This document shows positions 17,726-26,578 of a stretch of 64,000 nucleotides of DNA, one piece after another. Each line of letters begins with the position of its first letter. Within the stretch, counting starts at the first letter, position 1. The notes beneath the pieces are model-generated. The model ran no database searches. It worked only from the letters and a program-made list of their open reading frames with translations, and was not told the DNA's origin. Both the position numbers and the translations under genes were made by a program. Origin of the DNA: Lachnospiraceae bacterium (GTDB taxonomy: Bacteria > Bacillota > Clostridia > Lachnospirales > Lachnospiraceae); assembly GCA_022791975.1 (NCBI GenBank), contig JAAWAC010000012.1, forward strand, positions 58,518-122,517, written 5' to 3'.

Positions 17726-19903
17726 TTAAACAGAATATCCCGTTTTATCCGCCTCTGTGATTTTGCGAATCACCTGGCAGGGGACTCCGGCTGCCATCAC
17801 ATTGGCCGGAATATCCTTTGTCACCACGCTTCCGGAACCTATAACGACATTGTCTCCTATGGTCACGCCTGGATTGATATGCACACCAGCTCCAATCCAC
17901 ACGTGATTTCCGATCCGCACTGGCCTTGCATAGCAGGCGCCATTCTCCCGTTCTGACGCATCCAGGGCATGATTGGATGTATAAATCCCAACCCGGGGGC
18001 CAAGTAACACATGGTCTCCTATGGTGATTCCCCCGCCATCCAGCATGACACAATCAAAGTTGGCATAGAAATCATTCCCGATAGAGATGTTATATCCAAA
18101 CTCACAGCGAAATACGGGCTCAAAATGTACATGGGTTCCCACAGACTGCAAAAGTCTTAAAAGAATCTCCCGCCTCTCTTCCTCTGGCCTTCCATAGCTA
18201 TTATTGTATTCGTTGGTCAGAAAAACGGCCTTTTCCCTAGCCGCTTTAAGCTCCGGGGTCAAATCATTATACAGGGCACCGCTTAAGATGCGCAGTCTCT
18301 GTCGCTCTAAATTTCCCCTGGAAGCCTGTTTCTCTGGTTCCTCCAGGGGCTTATCTTCCACACTTGACTCTGGGGCTTGCCAGGTAAAACTCTTTGAAGT
18401 CTCTGCCTTGTCACTTGGCTCCTCCACTGTCTGTTCTGGTATCTTTTCTTCCTCCAGGGGCTTTGCGGCTTCTCCAGATGTTGCCTTGCTCTTCACCCCT
18501 GATACCTGCACGGCCTCATTCGACCACGCCTCTGTCTCCTGAAGCGCCCCGGCTCCCACCACAAATACAACACCCTCATTGGCTCCCAGAGAAATCCTAG
18601 CTGTACCGTTTTCTACAGAAATACTTCTGCCGGACAATACATCTACAGCGCTTCCTGCGGCCGCCGGACAGGAAAAAGTCAGCTCCGCTCCCTGGTCATC
18701 GCTGTTTACGGCCGTCACTACTGCCGTGTCCCCCAGCACCCGGGCAAAGGCATACTGTCGGTTACGCAGAAGCAGCTCCCGGTAGGCTCCCTCTGTCAAT
18801 GCCGGCTGTCTCTTTTTCAGCATGGCCAGCTTTTGAATCAGGGCCAGCAACTCCGGATGTGGCGCCTGGCCTGCCATGTCCTCCAACCGCAGACAAGGCC
18901 GCAACGGGTCATCACTGCCCCCTTCCTTTTTCCCGCGAATCCCCCACTCACTTCCGTAGTAGATAGAGGGAATCCCTGGAAGAGTAAACATCAAGGTCCA
19001 AACCAGCTTTAAATGCTCGGGCTTATTTAGTTTACTGGCTAAACGATCTACATCATGATTGTCCACAAAGGAATAAAGCTTTCTTCCCCTGTAGATCCCT
19101 CCATTCTCATCAAACTGCCTGCGAATGGTGTGGGCAATCTCAAAATAATTGTGGTCATTATGTCCCGAATACAGCCCCTTGTGAAGCTCATAATTTGTCA
19201 CAGAATGCAAAAGGCCATTTTCTGTCCAGCGGGCGTAATCCCCATGAATCACCTCTCCCATCAGCCAGAAATCCTCTTTTTCCTGGGCTGTCATCTCCCG
19301 CATTTCCCGCAGAAACTGAAAGTCCAGACAATCCGCGCAATCCAGACGGATACCATCAATATCAAATTCCCGTATCCAAAAGCGGATAACATCAAACAGA
19401 TATTGGCGAACATCCCCATTCCACTGATTCAGTGCCGGCAACTCAAAGTAATTGTGCCAGGCGCTGTACCAGAATCCGTCATGGAAGCCCGTATCTCCGC
19501 CAAAGTTGACGTCCCGATACCAGTCCCGATAAGGGGAAGATTCCCGGTTTTGCCTCAAATCCTGAAAGGCAAAAAATTCCCGTCCCGTGTGATTAAACAC
19601 GCCATCCACCACCACCCGCACCCCTGCGTCATGGCATCCCTTTACAAAGCGGATAAAGTCTTCATTGCTGCCCAGCCTGCGGTCCACCCTCTTATAATCC
19701 CGGGTATCATATCCATGACTGCCAGACTCAAACAAAGGTCCAATATAAACGGCCGTACAACCCATCTGTGCCATATGGGGGATCCATTTCTCCAGCTCCA
19801 AAAATCGGTGTACCGTTTCCTCTGTCTCCTGGTATTTGGGCGCTCCTGCAAGTCCCAGGGGATACATATGGTAAAAAACCGCTTCATCGTACCATTTACT
19901 CAT
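17726..19903 (-). CDS. GH13 alpha-amylase/cyclomaltodextrinase-like glycosidase fused to a C-terminal maltose/galactoside O-acetyltransferase (Maa/LacA-type) domain
   Basis: GH13 motifs SHGYDT, DGVFNH, DGIRLD, GEVIH, FVDNHD, PSIYYGSEWG; acidic linker; Maa motifs GALY, EPVFRCEFGYNI.IG..FYAN, YTSNH, IGNHVWIG, GSVVTKDIP. Confidence 0.88.
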   Translation of the reverse strand: MSKWYDEAVFYHMYPLGLAGAPKYQETEETVHRFLELEKWIPHMAQMGCTAVYIGPLFESGSHGYDTRDYKRVDRRLGSNEDFIRFVKGCHDAGVRVVVDGVFNHTGREFFAFQDLRQNRESSPYRDWYRDVNFGGDTGFHDGFWYSAWHNYFELPALNQWNGDVRQYLFDVIRFWIREFDIDGIRLDCADCLDFQFLREMREMTAQEKEDFWLMGEVIHGDYARWTENGLLHSVTNYELHKGLYSGHNDHNYFEIAHTIRRQFDENGGIYRGRKLYSFVDNHDVDRLASKLNKPEHLKLVWTLMFTLPGIPSIYYGSEWGIRGKKEGGSDDPLRPCLRLEDMAGQAPHPELLALIQKLAMLKKRQPALTEGAYRELLLRNRQYAFARVLGDTAVVTAVNSDDQGAELTFSCPAAAGSAVDVLSGRSISVENGTARISLGANEGVVFVVGAGALQETEAWSNEAVQVSGVKSKATSGEAAKPLEEEKIPEQTVEEPSDKAETSKSFTWQAPESSVEDKPLEEPEKQASRGNLERQRLRILSGALYNDLTPELKAAREKAVFLTNEYNNSYGRPEEERREILLRLLQSVGTHVHFEPVFRCEFGYNISIGNDFYANFDCVMLDGGGITIGDHVLLGPRVGIYTSNHALDASERENGACYARPVRIGNHVWIGAGVHINPGVTIGDNVVIGSGSVVTKDIPANVMAAGVPCQVIRKITEADKTGYSV

Positions 19904-19951
19904 CTTTCACTCTCCTCTTCTATATGCTTTATTCTCCTAACACCCTTCCCA

Positions 19952-20530
19952 TCAGGAGTAAATTCCATGCATAAACTGATGGACCAGGGAATAAATTTCT
20001 TCATCCGAGACACAGATGCATCCATCTGTGTTCTCCTCAAACTTCATTTCAATAAAGTAATGGATAAGCCCGGAAAATCCTAGACAAAACTGCTTCTGCC
20101 GGCCGTGCATATTTCCCAGCTGTCCGGCCGCTGCCTCAAAGATATTCCGAATCAGCTCCTGCTGGCGCAGAACATAGGGGCGGGCGCACCGAAAGGGCTC
20201 ACTCTCCTTGGGAAAATGAAACAGGGAAAACAAAAGATCATAGAACCTGGGAGATCCTTTGGCAAAATCCACAAAAGCTCTGGCACATGCGCACAAAGTC
20301 CCCATCAAATCTCCATCATAGGCAGTTGCCTTCTCCAGCCGCTCCAAAAAGGGAGCACATCCTCTTTCCAACAGCTCCCGCAAAAGTCCGTATTTACTTT
20401 TGAAATAATAATACAGCGTGGGCTTTGTCACTCCGGCCCGCTCCGCGATCTCCTGTACTCCCACCGCATCATAGCCTCTGCCGCAGAATAGTTCCAGCGC
20501 ATTCTCTAAAATTTCTTCTCGCTTTTCCAT
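19952..20530 (-). CDS. TetR/AcrR-family transcriptional regulator
   Basis: ILENALELF..RGYDAVGVQEIAERAGVTKPTLYYYFKSK N-terminal HTH. Confidence 0.93.
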   Translation of the reverse strand: MEKREEILENALELFCGRGYDAVGVQEIAERAGVTKPTLYYYFKSKYGLLRELLERGCAPFLERLEKATAYDGDLMGTLCACARAFVDFAKGSPRFYDLLFSLFHFPKESEPFRCARPYVLRQQELIRNIFEAAAGQLGNMHGRQKQFCLGFSGLIHYFIEMKFEENTDGCICVSDEEIYSLVHQFMHGIYS

Positions 20531-20547
20531 CTTATCCCTCTGTTCCT

Positions 20548-20576
20548 ATTATATACCGTTCGGTATATAACGTCAA
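20548..20576 (-). promoter_or_regulatory. SigA promoter with overlapping perfect palindrome (probable TetR operator)
   Basis: Minus strand TTGACG (20576-20571), 17 nt, TATAAT (20553-20548); palindrome TTATATACCG-TT-CGGTATATAA at 20549-20570. Confidence 0.85.
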
Positions 20577-20667
20577 GATCAAAGAGCGGAACCGCCGGAT
20601 GCACAAGCTCTCTATTTATTCACCTAGCTTTTTTAGACAAAATATGTTCTAGATAAAATATTTCATA

Positions 20668-20714
20668 AAACAAGCCGTTGCAAAATCTCGTTATCCTTTT
20701 GCAACGGCTTGTTT
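20668..20714 (-). terminator. Terminator after the TRAP operon
   Basis: AAACAAGCCGTTGCAAAA...TTTTGCAACGGCTTGTTT 18-bp inverted repeat. Confidence 0.8.
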
Positions 20715-20717
20715 ATG

Positions 20718-21998
20718 TTACATCCAAGAGGGAATCCAAGTAGACAAAATAGGCACAAAAGAAAACAGCAAGGCACAGAAAATTTCAACCACAATAAATG
20801 GCAATAACTGCTTAGCAATGTTGGAAATAGGCACACCGCTAATTCCACAAGCCACAAACATGGTAGTGCCAAAAGGCGGTGTTGCCTGCCCTAGGGCCAG
20901 CAGATATACAAACAGCATTCCAAAATGAATGGGATCAATGCCAAAGCTCACCGCAATAGGCGCCAAAATTGGTCCCAGAATCAAATTGGTCGCTCCCACC
21001 TCCAAAAACATTCCACAGATAAGGAGCAGTACATTAATCAGAAGCAGAAACACATATTTATTCCATGCCACTGCCATAAATACTTCCGTCACGTACACTG
21101 GAATCCGGTAATAGGTCAGGATATATCCGAAAAGCTGCGCTATCACCACTAGGATCATTAAATTCGATACGCTGGCCGCGGTAGTTCCCAGAATTTCCCA
21201 TAAATCCAGCATATGTACCTCTTTATAGATGGCCATACACACCAGTACTCCATAAAACACTGCTATTACGGCTGATTCCGTGGGAGTAAAAATGCCGGCA
21301 TAGATACCCCCCAGAATAATAATTGGCATAATCAGTGCCCAGATGGCATGTTTGAAGGAGAGCAGAAATCCCGTTATAGAAAATCGCTCCTGTTTGGGAT
21401 AGTTACAGAGCTTTGCCTTAAAAAATGCATACAGACAAAGGGCAATACCAACAAGAATTCCTGGTAGGATTCCTGCCGCCAGCAGCTTAGACACGGAAAC
21501 TCCCGTAATATTTCCATAAATTACAAATACAATGCTGGGAGGAATTACAATTCCCAGAGTGCCTCCAATGGCCTGCACGGCGGCTGCATAATCCTTGGGG
21601 TATCCCCGTTTCTCCATTTCCGGTATCATCAGGCCTCCAATGGCAGCTGTCGTGGCAACGGAGGAACCGGAAATTGCTGCAAAAAACATGCAGGCTACAA
21701 TAGAAACCAGAGAAATCCCTCCAGAAATCCAGCCAACAAAGGAATCTGCAAAGGCAACCAGCCTTTTGGACAGGCCTCCCTTGCACATAATATCCCCCGC
21801 CAGATAAAAGGCTGGCACTGCTAACATGGAAAAGCTATTTCCTCCAGTAAAGACCTTTTGTGCCAAGACAGAGAAGGATAAGGAGGAATCTAGCGCACAG
21901 GCCAGAGCACATCCGCCTCCAATGGCCCAGGTAATCGGGGTTCCACACAGCATAGCAACAATTACAAAAATTAACATGGCAACAACCGATAGCTCCAT
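20718..21998 (-). CDS. TRAP transporter large permease DctM
   Basis: FFAAISGSSVAT, LGIVIPPSI, GIFTPTES, GIDPIHFG, TPPFG; ATG 21998 overlaps the dctQ stop (TAATG). Confidence 0.93.
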   Translation of the reverse strand: MELSVVAMLIFVIVAMLCGTPITWAIGGGCALACALDSSLSFSVLAQKVFTGGNSFSMLAVPAFYLAGDIMCKGGLSKRLVAFADSFVGWISGGISLVSIVACMFFAAISGSSVATTAAIGGLMIPEMEKRGYPKDYAAAVQAIGGTLGIVIPPSIVFVIYGNITGVSVSKLLAAGILPGILVGIALCLYAFFKAKLCNYPKQERFSITGFLLSFKHAIWALIMPIIILGGIYAGIFTPTESAVIAVFYGVLVCMAIYKEVHMLDLWEILGTTAASVSNLMILVVIAQLFGYILTYYRIPVYVTEVFMAVAWNKYVFLLLINVLLLICGMFLEVGATNLILGPILAPIAVSFGIDPIHFGMLFVYLLALGQATPPFGTTMFVACGISGVPISNIAKQLLPFIVVEIFCALLFSFVPILSTWIPSWM

Positions 21999-22486
21999 TA
22001 CTTTCCCTCCTCTCTCCATTGTATGGTTTCCTCTGCCATTTTCAGCAAAACGGATATGCTTGCCAGAATAAACCCTGCCATTACTACCATGTACATGTAA
22101 TGCATAGGAATCTGCATGGCTGGGCTTCTCTGTAATTTACCGATTTTAACCATATCCATGCAGCTGTATGCAAAAGCCACATTCATGAAAAATCCGATGA
22201 GAAGCCGCACCATCTCCACGGCTTGTTTGGTCCTCTTTCCCAGGTATCCGTCCAGTATATCAATTCGAACCAACATATTTTTACTGATACCAATATTCAT
22301 CCCCATTACGATTAATCCCACAAATAAAAACCGGGACAGCTCCTCTGACCAGGGGATACTGTGAAATACTACATATCTGGTAAATATCTGTAAAAAAACC
22401 ACCAGCATCATCAACCCCAGCAAAAATGCAAGGATTCTGTTTATCAGCTTTTGCAACCTTCCAAAGCCCTGCAATAAACTATTCAT
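21998..22486 (-). CDS. TRAP transporter small permease DctQ
   Basis: QIFTRYV...WSEELSRFLF...SPAMQIP, four TM helices. Confidence 0.9.
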   Translation of the reverse strand: MNSLLQGFGRLQKLINRILAFLLGLMMLVVFLQIFTRYVVFHSIPWSEELSRFLFVGLIVMGMNIGISKNMLVRIDILDGYLGKRTKQAVEMVRLLIGFFMNVAFAYSCMDMVKIGKLQRSPAMQIPMHYMYMVVMAGFILASISVLLKMAEETIQWREEGK

Positions 22487-22501
22487 ATGCTGTCACCTCA
22501 T

Positions 22502-23569
22502 TTATTTTGCCAAAGCTTCTATCTCTGCCAAAATCTCTGCGTACTCTGCCCCATAGGTGTCACGGATTTCTTTTGTCGCCTCTATAAAATCCTTTTTATC
22601 CGGATAAGTAATGTCCATTCCTGCCTCTTTCAGACTTCCCACAGCTTCCTCAGCCATCTCCCGTGCAATCTCTCTTTCCCGGATTCTCATCTCATCAGCC
22701 GCCTCCTGGAACAATTTTTGATCCTCCTGGCTCATAGAATTCCACAGCTCCACACTCATAATCGGAACAACAATAGAATAAATGTGCTCCGTCATGGCCA
22801 GATTCTTGTTTACCTCCTGCACATTGTTGGCCAGAATTACAGACGTTGGATTTTCCTGCCCATCCAGAGCTCCCTGCTGCAACGCAGTATAGGTTTCTCC
22901 CCAAGCCATGGGAACCGCGTCAGCTCCCAGTGCAATCCACAGCTTCTGGTGTATTTCATTTTCCATAACCCGAATACGGAGTCCTGCCACATCATCGATG
23001 GTATTGATCGGTCGCCTGCTATTGGTCAGATTGCGGAAACCAGACTCCCAGATTCCCAATCCCTTAACACCGGCTTCCTCCACCCAGCCCATAGCATCAT
23101 CGCCGATTTTTCCCATAAATACCTCATCTGCATGCTCTGTCCCCTGAATTACATAGGGTAGGTCAAATACTCCCAGCTTAGGCACAAAATTGCCCAATAC
23201 GCTGGCGTTTACAATGGCGATATCCAAATTTCCCAGCTGAATTCCCTCAACATTATCCCGCTCATCTCCCAGCTGTCCGTCGTGATAAACGGTAACATGA
23301 TAGCGCCCTTCTGTCTTTTCATTAATCTTTTCTGCAAATTCCTCCAGAGCGACTCCCATCATACTGGACGCAGGATTGGTATGACTGGCCCGAAGCTCAA
23401 TCACCTGGCCCTTAGCGCTCTGTTCGGATTCCCCATTTGCCTCCGTTTTGATTATTTCATCTGCTTTGTCGTTACTGTTCCCCTGTGCCTCTTCCTTTCC
23501 TGCACATCCCACTATGCTCACAGTCACCAATAATATCGCGCAAATCCATGCTGCCAATCTCTCTTTCAT
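22502..23569 (-). CDS. TRAP substrate-binding lipoprotein DctP
   Basis: Lipobox IVGC; GQLGDE, FDLPY, GFRNLTN, GLRIRV, YTALQQGALDGQEN. Confidence 0.93.
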   Translation of the reverse strand: MKERLAAWICAILLVTVSIVGCAGKEEAQGNSNDKADEIIKTEANGESEQSAKGQVIELRASHTNPASSMMGVALEEFAEKINEKTEGRYHVTVYHDGQLGDERDNVEGIQLGNLDIAIVNASVLGNFVPKLGVFDLPYVIQGTEHADEVFMGKIGDDAMGWVEEAGVKGLGIWESGFRNLTNSRRPINTIDDVAGLRIRVMENEIHQKLWIALGADAVPMAWGETYTALQQGALDGQENPTSVILANNVQEVNKNLAMTEHIYSIVVPIMSVELWNSMSQEDQKLFQEAADEMRIREREIAREMAEEAVGSLKEAGMDITYPDKKDFIEATKEIRDTYGAEYAEILAEIEALAK

Positions 23570-23578
23570 CTTTTCCTC

Positions 23579-24664
23579 CTATCTCCTTTTGGTATCCATG
23601 TATTCTAAAACTTCAACTGCCTCCTTCACCGTAGGTGCAATCAGTGTAATTGCCACATTCTCACTGGGCAGGCAGTCATACAAAGCATCAATATCATCCT
23701 GATCCAGGTATGCCATTCCAATATCCAACTTTTTCCCCGCCTCCAGCACCTTCAAAAATTCCGGAACCATTTCTCTTACAGTGGGACCATTGTTATCCTT
23801 ATTGATCTGTATAATTTTTAAATCAGGTACTTTCAGCATTTCCTCCAGATTAAAAAACGTGTTGGGATGAAGGTGTACCAGGGTATATTCGTATCCTTTT
23901 ATATATTCTTGGGCTATTTCAAATAAATATTCCTGATACATCTTAGGCGACATTAAAGCTGCCAGATCTTCCTGATACCAGATCACATCTCCCGGAGCCC
24001 AGAGATCGTAGAATCCCAAGACTCTTCCCCCATAAAAATCTGATGTCAATCGATGCTGGTCCTCATTCAAGGCTCTCTGGGCCTGCATAATCTCCCGAAA
24101 CACTTTCGGAATCACCTTCTCCTCTTCTACCATAGCCATAATCAGCTCCGTCTGCCCAATCAAGGCTCCTGTGGTATCGGTTACTCCCCGTAGAATTGGC
24201 TGACCCACTGCAAATTGTCCTTCTGACACCTCATCCAGCCTTCTACAGAATTGCAGATACAGCTGATACCAAGGATTTTCCCTGTCCAACGTCACATTCC
24301 CTAGCTGCTCCACATCCTCCAAGGTTTTATGGGTTACAAAGGCCGCATGGGTAGCCATGACCTGTGCTCCCATAATCGCTTCCATCCAGGGAAAACCCTG
24401 TAAAGGGGCCGCACTGAAAAATGCATCCTGGGGAATCTGTTCCAGCTCATGAAATATCCGCAGATACTCTGGCATGTATGCCTCCACATCAAACATCTCC
24501 GGGGTGACTATCCCTCCCTTGTCCAGTAAGGGAATGCTGGGAGACAACTGCCGATTAAAAAATACATCTCCCAGACGAACTGCCGTCAAAGGACGTTTTT
24601 GTGGCTTTCCCTGCCAGTAATCATGATGCCGTTCCAGTTTTTCTTCTGTTGATAAAAACTCCAT
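23579..24664 (-). CDS. URO-D/MtaA-like TIM-barrel protein of unknown function
   Basis: YWQG...RP, GFPWMEAIMG, LRGVTD, QEDLAALMSPKMYQEY, VHLH pattern resembling the uroporphyrinogen decarboxylase / cobamide methyltransferase superfamily. Confidence 0.6.
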   Translation of the reverse strand: MEFLSTEEKLERHHDYWQGKPQKRPLTAVRLGDVFFNRQLSPSIPLLDKGGIVTPEMFDVEAYMPEYLRIFHELEQIPQDAFFSAAPLQGFPWMEAIMGAQVMATHAAFVTHKTLEDVEQLGNVTLDRENPWYQLYLQFCRRLDEVSEGQFAVGQPILRGVTDTTGALIGQTELIMAMVEEEKVIPKVFREIMQAQRALNEDQHRLTSDFYGGRVLGFYDLWAPGDVIWYQEDLAALMSPKMYQEYLFEIAQEYIKGYEYTLVHLHPNTFFNLEEMLKVPDLKIIQINKDNNGPTVREMVPEFLKVLEAGKKLDIGMAYLDQDDIDALYDCLPSENVAITLIAPTVKEAVEVLEYMDTKRR

Positions 24665-24818
24665 GCTTCCCTCAAGCCTCCTTATACATCTGTCCTCGGT
24701 CGTCTGACCTGTTGCTCGTTTTAAAAAAGCTTATAAAAAGCCTCCCTTAAAACATCTCCTATTTGTTTTCTCTGTCATTATACTAGAACTCGCTCTTGTT
24801 TTCTACAATTTGCTGTAA

Positions 24819-25640
24819 TTATGTCGTTAAATGTTTATTTTTTTGTTGAAAATCCCCTTTCCTTTCTTTGACAGGAATATTTAAGTATCTATTTTCCACA
24901 TAAGCTCCCTCTCTTCTCTTCCTTGTGGAGAATACAAAGACATCCCCCATCCAATTAAAGGTGTATTTAGATTTTAAAAGCCATCCCTCCGCCAATATTC
25001 TCCAAAAATCATGGAATACTATGGATTCCACCAACTTTTCCAACTCTACCTCAAAGACTACGGGAAAAATAGCATATAGAGAACCTGCTATCCACTTTTC
25101 CTCCCATCTTGCCTTTGGGATACAGGTCTTAGTAAAATATCCTATCTGCCCTTCCATCTGCCCTTTTTCCGCCTGTCCCCATTTCCAATAGGCAATTCGC
25201 CTGCAATCCACAAAAGGTATGCTCCTGTATGTGTTTTGACTCTTCCCCCTGGGATAATAAATGGGAAAAGAAGGCCATCGTCGAATTTCTATTCCCTCCA
25301 GCATATCTCCCGGGGAGTTTGACAGTTTTTTTATAAATTTTAATGGAGAGCAACCGTATTCTCCTGACACAGCCCGTGCAAAAGTGTAGGCTCCTGCATA
25401 TCCCAGCTCTTTGGCTGCCTGCTCCACCAGCACCCCATGCAGTATACGATAAAGTCCCTCATCCACACGTCGCTTTCGGATATATTCTGAGATGGAAAGC
25501 CCCATCTTCTGTTGAAAAATTCGTTCCAAATGCCGAAAAGAATATCCGCTAAAGCTGGCCAGCCAATCCATACAAATTTCACTGCTTAAATTCTGTTCTA
25601 TATAATCGCAACAGCTTTTTACAATTTCCTCCTCCCTCAT
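24819..25640 (-). CDS. AraC-family regulator (N-terminal HTH, degenerate GyrI-like C-terminus)
   Basis: DYIEQNL...SGYSFRHLERIF...SEYIRKRR...FARAV..EYGCSP; ATGA overlap with the upstream GntR gene. Confidence 0.8.
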   Translation of the reverse strand: MREEEIVKSCCDYIEQNLSSEICMDWLASFSGYSFRHLERIFQQKMGLSISEYIRKRRVDEGLYRILHGVLVEQAAKELGYAGAYTFARAVSGEYGCSPLKFIKKLSNSPGDMLEGIEIRRWPSFPIYYPRGKSQNTYRSIPFVDCRRIAYWKWGQAEKGQMEGQIGYFTKTCIPKARWEEKWIAGSLYAIFPVVFEVELEKLVESIVFHDFWRILAEGWLLKSKYTFNWMGDVFVFSTRKRREGAYVENRYLNIPVKERKGDFQQKNKHLTT

Positions 25641-26323
25641 AAAATAATCTCCTTCATTTTCAACCTTTCAATCGTTTTCTGCAAATGCTCATACATTGCT
25701 GTTTTCGCCTCTTTTGCGTCCCCTTTTTTCATGGCATTTAAAATTTTTTGATGATAATAGGTTCCATTTCGATAACTGAACAGATCATACAGCCTTCTGT
25801 TTGCTGCCCTGCTCTCCTCAAATACATTGCAAATGCTTTTTTCCAACAGTAGATTTCCGGAAATCCTTCCTATCTCTTTATGGAAGGAAGAATCCGCCTC
25901 TAAAAAGGTATCTTTGTCTTCCACATTATCATACATTTTCTGCAGATATCTTTCTAACTCTTTTAGCTCCTCCGGCATAGCCTTCTTGGCTGCCAAAAAG
26001 CAGGCCTCACTCTCAATAATACGTCGAAATTCCAAAACCTCCTGTATATTTTCACAATCCTTGGACGTAATGGTATTCTCTACCTTTATTTTTCGCCCCA
26101 CATTATAGTCCAGCAGAAAGGTGCCCTTCCCATGTACACTTTCTAATACTCCCTGGCCAATAAAATATTTAATCGCATCCCGAACACTGGCACGGCTCAC
26201 TCCAAGAATTTCTGTCAGCTGCTTTTCAGAAGGTATTTTTTCCCCCACTTTCCAGGTTCCTGCCTCAATATTCTTCTTCATATATTCAATAATTTGCTCT
26301 GTAATGTTTACATGTACTATCAA
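25637..26323 (-). CDS. FadR/GntR-family regulator (FCD domain)
   Basis: GEKIPSEKQL..ILGVSRASVRDA...HGKGTF, EFRRIIE, DSSFH..I...SGN; TTG start at 26323 chosen after an AAGGA RBS. Confidence 0.92.
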   Translation of the reverse strand: MIVHVNITEQIIEYMKKNIEAGTWKVGEKIPSEKQLTEILGVSRASVRDAIKYFIGQGVLESVHGKGTFLLDYNVGRKIKVENTITSKDCENIQEVLEFRRIIESEACFLAAKKAMPEELKELERYLQKMYDNVEDKDTFLEADSSFHKEIGRISGNLLLEKSICNVFEESRAANRRLYDLFSYRNGTYYHQKILNAMKKGDAKEAKTAMYEHLQKTIERLKMKEIIL

Positions 26324-26578
26324 TTCCTTATCTCCTCCTATACAACCACTTATCACTTGTCACTCGTCTGATCTGTTTTTTCCTTTTTTAAGCACCAGAC
26401 CATACTCCTGGTGCCTTTATACCCAGTATAAATTATGGAAAAAAATTGTCAATAACCAATTCGGTCTTTTTCTAGCAATCCCCAACCACCATTGAGACTG
26501 GACAAGGTGATCCCGAACTGGTAAAATAAATGTTAGGATTTTCCTCAAAGTCAATCCATACACCATAACATAAGGAGA

